From positions 16,990,001 to 17,054,000 of the forward strand of contig NC_087245.1 in NCBI RefSeq assembly GCF_037042905.1: a stretch of DNA of 64,000 nt, given 5' to 3'. The stretch's first letter is position 1, and each line of letters starts with the position of its first letter. This document shows positions 46,101-57,492 of the stretch, in pieces. This stretch comes from Lytechinus pictus. Its lineage: Eukaryota. The position numbers and the translations under genes are program-made. The notes beneath the pieces were generated by a model. The model was not told the origin of the DNA, made no database searches, and saw only the letters and a list, made by a program, of their open reading frames with translations.

Positions 46101-49100
46101 ATTTAGTATGAAAATGATATATTCAGAACACAACATAAAATTACACAAAAGCTACAACATAAATGGGGGAGGACAGTGGTAATCCAGAAAGACTTATTAT
46201 TCTTTATTTGGGGGAACGGCACAAAAATAAACAGTTTCCTCAAGTCAATCATTTCTGTAAAAGATTTTTACTTGGCCTTCAGGGGCTACGGAAACAGGGA
46301 GGGGGGAGTTGTTTTTTGTTTACTTCTGTTGAAAAGGTTGTCAAAACAGGTATATGTAAGTTTATGTTTTTAAAACAGTTGCTTGAACAGCGTTTAAACG
46401 TTTTGACTCAGCCCTAATCACAATATATGGTAAAAACACAATTGCCAACATACATTTTATGCCAGCCATATTTTGGAGTGGATCATAGACTTAAGTTCAA
46501 GCAGGAAACCTCTCACTTCCTTGGTTCAAGAAAATTTTCAGGCTCAGCGCGCACTCTTATTTATACTGGCTAGAAGTTACACCAAAACATAGGATTATTT
46601 AGGTAGGACAACAAAATTTAGAAAGTTGTTAATTTGTCATTAAAAAACACATAAAAATAATCTTCAAGTCCTAAAACACAATACAAATTACTTAAAAGTT
46701 AAAGAAATCCTAGACCAAAAGCTTCGGTCTCTGTTATGTTGGTTGTTCAGCTGAACTCCGTTGGCTTCACTCTCTCACCAAATACAGAGACCGAAGTTCT
46801 AGCGCGATCTGTACAGGGGACTCAATGGCCATATGTTTATGTACTAAGTTCGGATAAAACAGGGAGGTGAAGTTGCGCGAAAGCCAAGGTAAGTCACTGT
46901 TTTTGTTCCTTTTAACTTGAATTTTTCCCCGTTTTTTGGCAATTAATGCCAAGAGGGAATATAAATTTGCATTTCGGTCGCGTTAATTTTCAAAAGTTTG
47001 ATTCATTAAAGACAAAAATTGAAGAGCCCCGACGGGGGGATTTTGCATTGTAATACTAATAGTCCCCTAATGGTGGCTGCACGATAGCGAGCCGTCTGTG
47101 TACGAGGAGAAATTAAAAAAAATTATAAAAATTCTCGAAACAGACGGCTGCCAGCTGTCTAAAGAAATCCATACCACTTCTGAAAAAGTAGCAAAATAGA
47201 TCAAGTTTATGTGCCAAAAAATGGTACCTCGCTTAGCTGTACGCTGCACGGATGCACGCACGCACGTAAATGACATATACAGTGTGTACATATTTCGTGT
47301 GTAAACATTGCGCTGCGCGTCAGAAAAAATCCATGAAAATCCATGCACTCCATCATACAAGCCTACTATATCTATGATTTCAGTATGCATAGGGCGACGC
47401 CCTGCGCAGGTCTAAAATACCTGTATGGCCACACAGAAACTTCATCAATACAAGTTTTGAAAATAATCCATTAATTAGGACCCATTCGAAATCAAAATTC
47501 ATTTTAATGCAAAAAAATGTGTTGAAACGTTAAATGAGCTATCGGATTCTTCGAATCATCAATAGATTTGAGCTTATTTTGAGCGAATTACATTGGATTA
47601 CGAAGCTAAATTTGGTATCAAAATCTAGCGAAAATCCAGCCGGTTACGATGCTGCCATATGCCGCCGTATGCACTGTACAGGTCCAGGGGTACAATCAGC
47701 AGTAGAGGCGCACGGCCAATATGGGAGACTCTCTCCAATAGGGGAGACAATCTCCCACATTGGAAACTTGCTTTGCAAAAGGACAAAAGAAACAACACCA
47801 ACAAAAGTATGATTTTTTCCACCCAAAATTTTGTCTCACTGAGGTCAGAAGCCCATTTGTTTTGTGTGTGATTGACAACAAAATTCCTTATCAAAATAAA
47901 AGTAGACGGTGAATTTTTAAAGTAGACGGTGAAAAGGGGTAATTTTTCATGAGGAATCTGCTTATCACATTTTTATTCGCCGCCAAGGTAATCCTTTTGC
48001 AGCAAATGTAAACAAAGGAAATTGGACTCCAAAACTGGAGACTGTCTCTGAAATTGGATACCCAAATTCTTTACAAAAGTCTCTGATATTGGAGATAATC
48101 TCCCACATTGGAGACAGTCTCCAATATTGGCCGTGCGCCTCTACTGATCAGAGAGGGGGAAATGGAGTATTCTTCCACCCTTGCATAGATTTTAACCCTT
48201 TGCGTGCGGGCCCGCGAAACCGGATACCTCTCCCTGCGGCGGAGCCGTTTTTGTACATTGCTAGTATTTGGATCTGTGGCGGTGTTTTCCTAATCTATTG
48301 CTAATTGCGCCAAACTGAAGTATTTTCAGGATTTTTAGTAAATGTAAAGATGAAAGATCAGACATTTTTCTTTCTAGAATTAAAGGTCTCGCTTCTCAAA
48401 TCGACAGAATAGTTAAGAAATTTACGAGCAAAAAGTCGTGTTATTTTGTCAAATCTTCGCTTTTTCCCAAGTCAATAGGCACTGTGTACAAAAATGCGTA
48501 AGGGCAATCAGCACGCGCGGACAAGTCGGGTTCGATCGATACCGCTTTGTTGTCTGCTCTAGTGCTTTTTTCTTTGCCTATTGTAACGCTACTCATGAAT
48601 GGTCTCTTTACCCCCTTGTATTCAGATCATTTGCAAAGTGTATAATTACGACGATAATCCGTTTTTGGTGAAATCACAGCATACCAAATACCTTTATTTT
48701 CCAGAATGAATAAAAAAGGGTGAATATATTCCCTTGCAAGTACGATGATGATGCTGCGCAACGAAAGTCCGAAACTATTTTGTGATTTTTGGCTTCTGGG
48801 CTTCAAGACGGTGGCCTCAATGTTTCACTAAAAATCGCCTTTGGTTTCTTCTTTTCATAAATTACAGTTTGTAATAAAAAAATAATTTTGTTCCTGAAGA
48901 TTGCATACCAGTGTTCGATTTGTTTTCCTGTTGCAATTTCAAAGAGCGAAGGGTGTAAATGTGACTCAAATCTGAAATCATACCTCCCAACGCTCTCCTC
49001 GTCTCGTTCTACGTTTCATTTTTCTATCTCAGTTTTCCCTCCAAAATAACCATGCTACCGATTACTGTTCGTCACAATGAGAGAAAGTAAATCATTTTTA

Positions 49101-52100
49101 TCTATTGAAATTTTAGCATCTAAGTGTTTTATTTTGTTCTTTCATTTTATTCATTTTTTAACCGTTCTGGATTTTTTTCACAACCGAAAACAAAAGTAAT
49201 AAATTAGCCATGAAAGATTTGTATCCCGTTTTGTCTCTATCTTTGTACTAGTTCAATTAATTACAGATGCGTTGGAGTCGGTATGAAGCGTCATTCCACC
49301 CCCCCCCCTAAATTCAGCAAACGTATACAAAAACGCGAAGTCCATAAATTTGTGATTTTTAGGGGCCGGATCACTCCCTCCCACATTCAGCTCAACCCCT
49401 CCATTATCGACAATTTTCGCGATATATCTGCTGCGCGAAATTTTTTGACTTCGCCGCTCACTAACTTTTTACTTTTAAGTCTCGTGCAAATTTTGAGACC
49501 AAATTATTGTAGATTACATCGCACACTACCAGCGTTCAAAATTTTGCGTCGCTCGCGCGATCGGCGGCCAAGATCTTAAGGGGGGCCATAATGCCCCCCC
49601 CCCCCCGGGAATGACAAGAATCAAAATACCCCGGGAGATTTAGGGTTAAGCGCCTGCATGTTTTAAATAAGTAAACATTTACTTTTTTATTGTTACTGTC
49701 GTAATATGAAAAGCTGTATTCCTAAGAGCTTTTTGTATCGCTAAATACGAGAAGCATTTACTAGGTCATCCTGACGAAATACACTAATCTTCCTATTATT
49801 CAGGGCGTTGGCTATTAGTCCCCTGCTCTTTTTTATAAGGAATTTGTTTGAGCGTCCGCCATGACTTTCTTTTGTTCATTTTTAAAAAAGCAGAGGATAA
49901 ACGGTGTTTTTAATTCCTTTGTTTTCTGTTTGTTTCCTTTGAAATAGAAGACAAAAATAAGAACAATATCGGATGAGAGAACGAGAGAAAGTCAAAAGTG
50001 TCCAGGGGCCCGTTTTATATAAAATTTGTTTACAAATTTTCAATAACACTTGAAAGCTATATCATTCTATTTGACTGGCGGATGGTAAATTTGTTTAAAT
50101 TATTGCGCATTTTTCAATGTAACATGTGCATGCATAATGTATTTATAAAACGGTACCAATTAGGGATTTCCTCGTTTTCCCTTTCTCTGGTTCCTAACCT
50201 GTAACGGAATGTATTATCTACCGCTTTCATTCCATTATATCTATCGTCTTTCTATTTCCCCTCCCTTCTACACCTTTTTTCTCGGAGTTCTTTTCATTTG
50301 AATTATATCTGTATCGTCTTCTTTCTTCCCGATTTGGATTACGAGGTATATACCCGCCCCCACCCCCCTCAATCCTTTCTTTCTGATTTTTTCTTCTAGT
50401 ACCTGTCATTTTACATTACATCTAACATCCCCCCCCCTCTCTCTTCATCGGTAACGGTTCCGAGAGAATGCCTCGTTTTTGCCAACTTGTATTGATCGGA
50501 GATGGTTGCATTTGTGGGCCTCTCGTCCTTTTGCATCGTGTTCATCATGTCGAAAATTTTGGCGTTTTTCCCCTGTTTCTCATATAATGTCCCGAAAAAC
50601 CTTCTAAAATTACTATTGTAACTGTCATTTCACAATAAATTCTATATTATCTTCCATTTTCTATATTGATAACGTGAGTCTTTCGCAAAAGACAATATGA
50701 TGATGATCATCATCATCATCGTATAAAAATGCACGACTAAACTATTTTTTTGTGAACCTGGGGCTTAGGGTTATGGCAAGACAGAGGCCTCAATCTTTCA
50801 CTAAAAGTTATTTTCTTTTTTAGATTTTTTCATAAATTATATGTTTCATTTAATTTGATTTCCCACGCAGATATTATAGTAATAAAATACATTTTTTTCC
50901 TGAAGTTTGCGCATCGGTATTCGATTTGTAATATCCTGAAATTATTTCAAAGAGTTAAACGAATAAAAGTGACTAAAATTGTAAGTCTAAACTGATACCT
51001 CCCAACTCTCTTCTTGTCACTTTCTACGTTTCTTTCTTTATCTTACTATTCCCTCAAAAAGAGCAAAGCAATTACTGAAAGTAAAAGAAAGTATTTTTTC
51101 TTGAATAAATTATAGCATCCGCAATCATATGTGGTTTTTTATTTGTTCTTTCGTTTTGTTCTATTGTCTCCTTGATTTCACAACCGATAATAAATCATTA
51201 GAAAAATATTCACAATAGTTAGAATTCATTTTTGTCTCTATCGTTTTAATCGTTCAATCTAATAGTACAGACGCGGCGGAGTTGGTAGGAAGTTTCAGTC
51301 CTCACCGTCCTCACCCCTTTCAGCAAACATGTACAAAAAATCCGAAGTCTATATAAATTTCTGATTTTTTTTCGGCTGGTCCACTCCCTCCCACATTCAG
51401 TCACGGAAACATTTTTTGTCCTCTATGAATCTTTTCTAGCACGCTATTCGCCAGTTAAAAAATGAGAAAGAAATTGGCAAAAAAGTAGGAAAATCAATAA
51501 AATTTGGGTCGGTATCAACCTTTTATTTCTTGGGGGGGGGGGAGGATGTAGGTTACACATGAATAAAAGTTTGTAGGATTGATAGCATTCTATCGGGTGA
51601 CATGCCATACAAACGTGTTTTCTTTATAGGGGGTGCCTCAGCGTTATTTATCATCCTGTATCATTCTATTTCCTCCATTTCGCGCGAGGAAACTTTTAGT
51701 TCATTATTGGTTTTATCATTTGAAGTAATTATGTTTCCGTCAACTTTTTAATGCAAAAGTTTTAATCTGGGTGAGAAAAGGAAATAAGATGAAGAGCTTC
51801 TAAAACCTAACCTATTATAAATTCATTCTGTAAAATGACATGAATTAACAAATTGTATTTTTTAGCCGCTTCATCCCCGTCCCACAGCTCAACACCTGCA
51901 CCATAAAAAACATTGCTGTCCCTTCTTTTTCCAAACCATCTAAACCAAAATGGTTTAGATGCTAACCATGGTAAGCGCCCCAAATGCGATTTTTTTTTTT
52001 TGGTCGTAACGGGGGGGGAAAGGGGTCCAGGACGGTCTTTATTCTTATCTTTTCTACCGCGTTACTCGCAATTAAAAACAGAAAATCGGAGACAGGAGAC

Positions 52101-54606
52101 AAACAAGCAATATTAGAGTGTAGGTCAGAACATTTCCATCAGGGGAGGGGGGTCAAACAAGAACAATAATAAAAAGTCATAAGTTTGGGAAGGGTCTGAT
52201 GACCGAGTTGCAAGAAACAAACATTGTGGGATTTTTTAAAAGTAATCTAACCAAAAAATAAAGTCATGTTGTAATTCGTTTAAGTAGATATTCATAGAAT
52301 TTTAGCAAAAGCGCACTTGTCTGTTCCCCCTTTTATCTCTGTCTCTCATTCTCTCTCGTCCTCCCTGACATTTGAACATATTTTTTCGATAATTTCCCTA
52401 AATAATTATTCGTTCATCCTTATATGCATCATCACCCAGGGGAAGCGCCTTTTTGCAATAAGAATTACTGACGGATGTCATAAGCACCTGTGTTGTCGGT
52501 AATGAGACATTTTTTTTTTAGATACGGTATGTTGGTCGAAAAAAATGATTCATAAAAGCTTTTTGTATTGCTAAGTACGAAAAGCGTTCAATGGGTCATC
52601 CTGCCGATAAACACTAATCTTCCTTTTGTTCGGGGCGTTGACCATTTGTATCCTGCTCTTTTCGAAAGGAATTTGTTTGAGTGGCCGCCCAGACATTCTT
52701 TTGTTCGGGTAGTGCCGATATCATGAACTACATGGACGTTCCCCTTTTGAAAAGAGCAGAAGATGAATGGTGTGCTAAGCTGCCTTCTTTTCTCCTTTTT
52801 TCAGAATAGTAGACAAAAATAATGAGAAGAAGAGGGATGATTGGGAGGGAAAAAGTTCAAAAGTGCACCGAGATCAGCTCAAAGTACTAAGACATTACAA
52901 GCTTTTTGCTTTTCTGAAAATGCAATCGATCGATGAAACCAAGGAGATATCATTCTATCTAGAGTGATATCTTCTTGATGAAACAAATAAGACGAAAATG
53001 GTGAAGAAACGCGTAGCTTATTACGTGACGATCTTGCAGAAAAGATGTTAGCGTATATCTATCAGAATAAAAGAACTTAATGTTGGCACTGTAAAAACTG
53101 CATTACTCGTGAATTTGTTTCGCATTTCTGATGTCTTATTATTATTATTGCCAATACGTGGAAAACCAAGATGCTCTACCAGAACAACGATATGGATCAA
53201 ATCATGTGATCAGAACAAATCACGTGATCAGGCCTTATGCGCGCGCGTACGTGCTCGTCACAAAATTTATCCTCCCCGTCCGACTCCAACGAAAAAATCG
53301 GGTAAAGTTGAAATGATTTCCTATTTTCGGGATTTTTCCCCACGTAGCTGTATATTTTTTTCAATCTGTTATCGAAATAGGTTTATGAAGGAAATAGTGG
53401 CAGAGGTTTTAGTACATAACAATTACGAAAAAGCTGAAAAACTTAATTGAATTAAACCAAACATTTCTCGGCTTCTGTAGAAGCCCGTCGTAGCTAAGTG
53501 AATGACTCGCTGGGCTTCTGTGGAAGCCCGTCGCACGCAAAGGGTTAACATTAGCCGTATGCCACGATATTGGCATCAACGCATTGACAAGCGAACCAAC
53601 GAGCCTATACAAATTTTGTGCACATTCTCGAGAGAGCGCTATGGCCGTGCCTTTAAATTTATTATACGTAGAAAGAAGGTGGTATTAACATCAATTTAAG
53701 CCCCCGCTGGCACATCTCCCTGGCAATGTTCATGATGTGAATTGGCCGCTGCTCTAAAAATAAACATGAAATCTGAACTTCACTCTAAATTAAAAATATA
53801 AAATTAAAGTAAAAACAGACAAAATATTTGATTTCTCAAACATTTTCAATAGACTTAGATCTAACGTTACTCTAAAAATCTAGAATAGACTAGGTATGTT
53901 ACTGTTAGTTACCTGTTACTAGTAGTAGTAGTAGGATAGTACTAGTGTTACAACTAGTTCAGACCTAGGCCTACATGAGTAAATTTTACTAAGTATAGAC
54001 TCACTAGTAAAAAAGACACTATCGAGTATCGTATCGACGGTCTATACTTTTTTAAGCTAGACCCTCAATTTCCAGGAATAAAGCCTTTTAAAGGCAGCCA
54101 AGGCAAAGTCCAAACAAAAAAGGCATTTACATTAGGTCAATACATCATGTAGGTGGTAGATCTACTCCAAATAATGTATCAAAAGTAAAATGAGACGAGG
54201 TGGCAGGTAACGGTTGCACTGTAGGCCTACATCAATGAACCACGTGGTCAATGCCGATCGTGGTCTCGGAGCTGGAGTCGCGGAGCGTGGACTGTCACTG
54301 GAGTTAGCCGGAGTAGCCGTCTCCACAGCGGCCAGGTCGCGCCAGCCACTCCCGACGCGACCAGCTCCAAGGACGGTGCCCAATTTCAACAAACCGTCAA
54401 TTCAACCGTCACACTCACTCAGTCACTCAAGTTGTAGAAGCCCTTTTTATCTACAAATATAACACCAAATGCAAATAAATATTTACCCGCTTACAGCTGA
54501 AAGTATACCGAATTGGTTATTTGTCAAATTCTTGCTAAGTTATTCAGTAATTTTCGATACAAGCATTTTTAATTTATTGGAAACTTACCAAGACAGCGGC
54601 AGCCAT
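31156..54606 (-). CDS. TMEM237: Transmembrane protein 237 (ciliary transition-zone protein), about 495 aa, 15 coding exons; host gene of the U14 array
   Basis: Phase-consistent GT-AG exons: 54606-54589 (MAAAVL; least certain), 43447-43396 (RRSLPPL), 43226-43179, 42503-42324, 40801-40721, 39989-39882, 39320-39230, 38561-38518, 37871-37743 (SQPVNKLFMERK), 36406-36294 (FTTTQCAL), 35311-35088 (STHRKF..CHGVLAGYSLWQCVVVF..SVFDR), 34196-34120, 33171-33084, 31806-31652 (LNIWRIINLIRAIGAILGW), 31235-31156 (TGA). Total 1488 nt. Lys-rich N-terminal half plus hydrophobic C-terminal segments match TMEM237 motifs as I recall them (SQPVGKVFVE, HGFLAG). Confidence 0.88.
32586..32689 (-). ncRNA. SNORD14: U14 box C/D snoRNA copy 3 (TMEM237 intron 13)
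   Basis: Consensus core 32592-32682; distinct terminal stem UUGGGC/GCCCAA. Confidence 0.93.
32756..32985. mobile_element. Tc1/mariner-type MITE remnant
   Basis: TA|CAGTGGTGCTCAAAAGTTAGTGAACCCC ... GGGGTTCAATAACTTTTGAGCAC; a related end occurs at about 62301-62331. Confidence 0.6.
33329..33432 (-). ncRNA. SNORD14: U14 box C/D snoRNA copy 4 (intron 12)
   Basis: Core 33335-33425 with one substitution just outside domain A; stem AUGAGC/GCUCAU. Confidence 0.93.
34585..34688 (-). ncRNA. SNORD14: U14 box C/D snoRNA copy 5 (intron 11)
   Basis: Consensus core 34591-34681; stem GUCAGC/GCUGAC. Confidence 0.93.
35941..36044 (-). ncRNA. SNORD14: U14 box C/D snoRNA copy 6 (intron 10)
   Basis: Consensus core 35947-36037; stem AUGAGC/GCUCAU. 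Confidence 0.93.
36592..36695 (-). ncRNA. SNORD14: U14 box C/D snoRNA copy 7 (intron 9)
   Basis: Core 36598-36688 with two substitutions, both in the 4-nt hairpin loop; stem GUCAGC/GCUGAC. Confidence 0.93.
37304..37613. mobile_element. PIF/Harbinger-like MITE
   Basis: TIR GGCCGTATTCTG / CAGAATACGGGCC, flanked by TAT on both sides. Confidence 0.65.
38251..38354 (-). ncRNA. SNORD14: U14 box C/D snoRNA copy 8 (intron 8)
   Basis: Consensus core 38257-38347; stem GUCAGC/GCUGAC. Confidence 0.93.
38727..38828 (-). ncRNA. SNORD14: U14 box C/D snoRNA copy 9 (intron 7)
   Basis: Consensus core 38732-38822; stem UCAGC/GCUGA. Confidence 0.93.
39587..39692 (-). ncRNA. SNORD14: U14 box C/D snoRNA copy 10 (intron 6)
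   Basis: Core 39594-39684 with one loop substitution; stem UGUCAGC/GUUGACA containing a G-U wobble. Confidence 0.93.
41042..41797. mobile_element. piggyBac-type MITE in TMEM237 intron 4
   Basis: TTAA|CCCTAA...TTAGGG|TTAA with subterminal ggccggggggg..gattcaacccccc repeats; related fragment at about 49395-49649. Confidence 0.75.
41903..42010 (-). ncRNA. SNORD14: U14 box C/D snoRNA copy 11 (intron 4)
   Basis: Consensus core 41911-42001; stem AAGUUGGC/GCUGACUU with two G-U wobbles. Confidence 0.93.
44077..44593. mobile_element. TTAA-flanked MITE nested in the hAT element
   Basis: TTAA|AAGACAAGTCCACCCCAAGAAAAA ... TTTTTCTGGGGTGGACTTGACCT|TTAA. Confidence 0.7.
45054..45633. mobile_element. Foldback MITE (sister of 19523-20095) nested in the hAT element
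   Basis: TIR GGATGGTCCGGGCTGAAAATAT / ATATTTTCAGCCCGGACCATCC; the interior is the inverted equivalent of the 19.5-kb copy. Confidence 0.75.
47700..48146. mobile_element. MITE with ~40-bp TIRs and 5-bp TSD
   Basis: CAGTAGAGGCGCACGGCCAATAT / ATATTGGCCGTGCGCCTCTACTG; ATCAG at 47695-47699 and 48147-48151. Confidence 0.8.
48196..53544. mobile_element. 5.35-kb non-autonomous piggyBac-like element in TMEM237 intron 1
   Basis: 13-bp TIR CCCTTTGCGTGCG / CGCACGCAAAGGG, with TTAA at 48192-48195 and 53545-53548; no long ORF inside. Confidence 0.7.
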
Positions 54607-55750
54607 TTCGAAAGGAATTTTTCAGTGCTGCCCTCTTGTGGACGACACGAGAATAGTGCGGATTTTTTTTTCTACTGCACTGCCACCCAAACCTACGAAT
54701 AGGCCTACCGGTATAATTTATCTATTATTCAAATTCAGTTTCAATTTAACTTCCAACACAAAATACACCCAAATAATCATTTCATGCATTTACAATGAAT
54801 AACATTCAATGATATAAATGATATGAAAACACAGGGCTGCAAACTCTCACTCAGAGAGTGACTCTCACTCATTTTGGTCCCTTTTCAGTCTCACTCTAAA
54901 TTTTGCATGCATTTCTATCAATCTCAGTATCTCACTAGATTTTACCCTAAAATTATATAATTCGCCTATGGGAGTCTCACTCTCACCTAGTTATCTAATA
55001 TCGGTTGCCCTACACAACAGGTTACCATCATTGGTAGAAATAAAACAATGTCAATAAGAATTAATGAAGGAAAAATAAAAATAATGCAAACAAAAATTAA
55101 TTGAAATTTTATGTAAAATTGAAAGTACGACATGGTTTTCGCTTATTAGCAGAAAACAGAATGAAATGCACATCAATGGCGATATGCAAGTGGGAATGCA
55201 CAACCTTTCGTCACACATTCACTATATTTTCATTTTATATTTATTATTATTTGTATTATTTGCATGAATACCTGAAAAAGAATTTTTACATTATCCTTCT
55301 AAAATGTAAATAATGGTTTGTTTTAATACTCACGGACCTTGTTTAGTCATAATTCGGAGTGGGTTTTTTTAATCATCAAATCTGTAAAATTTTAACATTT
55401 TGATCAATGCTTATAACAAAATACAACAACAACAAAAACAGAACGATCGATTCCGTTATTCTCATAGCATACATGATCCCAACAGGATCGTATGCATTGA
55501 CCAAGAGTTTTGTGAAGAAAAAAAAATATAAACTAAAAATTGTCATATACTAGTAATTTGTTTTATTTTAGGCCCACACATCCAATATGCGACTGTTCAT
55601 GCTGCATGCTGCCATGTCTCGTGCAAAATGTGTAATACGATCATGAAAAGGGCGGGGCCTGTATTATATCACGTGTCCATCCGACACGTGAGTTTTATGA
55701 GCGCGCAGCGCAGGTGAAGGGTGGGGTGGGGTGCGGGCGGGGGTGAACTG

Positions 55751-57144
55751 GGGCGGTATTCTGAAAACCGTGTTAGCACAAAAACGGTGTGGTGTTAGCT
55801 AACACGATTGGTATTCTGAAAATCGTGTTAGCATGAAAAACACGTGGCCCAAGTGGTAACACCGCGCAGGTCATGAAATACGCAGTGCGCAACGCGCAAC
55901 CCCCATACGCGGTGTTAGGGAGGAAGATAACACGAAATTTGGTATTCTGAAAATGGTGTTAGCTAAAATTTTGTTCAAAGATAACACGAAAATTTAACAC
56001 TGCGTTAAGGAGAGGTTAAGTTGGGGATGACGATGGCTGCACTTTTTCTAGCAGACGCAAACGTCAAGAAGAACATAAACGGGCAAATAACTATCGTTTG
56101 GCAGGATTTACTGTAATTTTCTTTCTTTTTTCCATTTACCTTTAGTCTCTACTAACAATGATTAAACAACAATTTCTTTGGAATTTCCTATGAAAATACA
56201 ATTTAAATGCATCTTTGATTTGGACTAATTAAAATCATTATCATATATGATCATGAGTTATTTATTTGGTTACTTTTTGCCATGATATAAAAAAGACAAA
56301 AAGAGGAAGAAAATTACAAACGTCTAAAAGAAAAGCACAAACAAAAATTAAAAAGAATGGAATTAGCAATTGGGGAAACTTCTATAATATTCACATTTTT
56401 AAAAACCCTTTTTCAATGATTATATAGCTCCAATAATTTTTTTTAACTCTCAATGCTTCTAGGTTATTCTCAATCTATCTATCACGCCAGTCAATCTATA
56501 TGCTTCGGATGGGGGGAGGGGGCGGTCAAAAGTGTTTTTTTTTTGCATGGCTGATCGCTCTACGCATCAAATTATAATATAGAAAAAAATACAATTTTGT
56601 GTTTGATATTTCTATGTCAGATTTAATTTTTCTTAAAGTGCTTTTCATGCTTTTCAAAATTTGCATTTTTATTTTTTCAAGTTCTCAAAATTATTGGGGG
56701 CATGTATAAATTATGCTTGCCCCCATATCTTAGGGCGATCGTCCCCTGCCCGCTCCACAATCGATCGAGGCCTCTGTCTCCTGTTATAATTTCGTATCCA
56801 TGCTGTCTGAAATAATCAATTTCTTGTATTATGTTATTATTTTGTTATCTTGTGAAGTATGAAAATAAATTCAATTCAGTTCTTAATTGTCACAATCACG
56901 TACCCCTCCCCACGTCTCTTTCTAGCTCTAACTTTTATTTACTAGTAGCTGTATGCGCTTACAGAATGATGTCACAATGCAGGCTTCGTATCACCGTGCG
57001 CACGTTCCCTTTTCCCTGAAAATTTTGCGCGATTTGTTTCTTTAACAGCGCATTTGATTGGATTAAATAGATGTAGAGTGGGAGGAGCCGAAGATAACAC
57101 GAAATGAGATAACACGCAGATAACACGGTTTTCAGAATACGCCC
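55751..57144. mobile_element. Harbinger-like MITE in the TMEM237/EF-hand intergenic region
   Basis: TIR GGGCGGTATTCTGAAAACCGTGTTA / TAACACGGTTTTCAGAATACGCCC; internal repeats of ggtattctgaaaat..gtgttagc. Confidence 0.65.
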
Positions 57145-57492
57145 AGAACCCAGCCTGAACCCATCGTCTTGCGCGGTTGTCATTATTGTTGATCCTTTGG
57201 TTTATCCATTATGACATCACCAAAACGTAATATAGGTCGGGTCACGGGATGTCTCGAGTAAACTTTCCCACGGTGACGTCAGACATAAACAAATCCACAT
57301 GACACATGCACACGAGTACCGGTACGTAGACAGCGAACAGAAAAGTCGACTCGATGTAAAATGACGAGCAACTAAAACGTACGGCTGGTTTCGGCTTTCT
57401 GGAAATAGCAAAAAAAGCACTATTCAGTAACAGTAGACCAAATTTTTGTAAATATTTGTTTTGTTCATAATTAGGTAAAATAAACAAAAATC

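Noticed and set aside
52560..52790. piggyBac transposase remnant inside the 5.35-kb element
   Set aside because: Hand translation gave no convincing DDD-domain motifs; BLASTX is needed.
54162..54462. GC-rich ORFs near the TMEM237 5' end as a separate gene or first exon
   Set aside because: No ATG start or convincing splice pair; more simply promoter-proximal GC-rich sequence.
55003..55017. X-box (GTTGCCCTACACAAC) upstream of TMEM237
   Set aside because: The second half-site departs from RRNAAC, and the motif abuts a repeat fragment; too weak to call.
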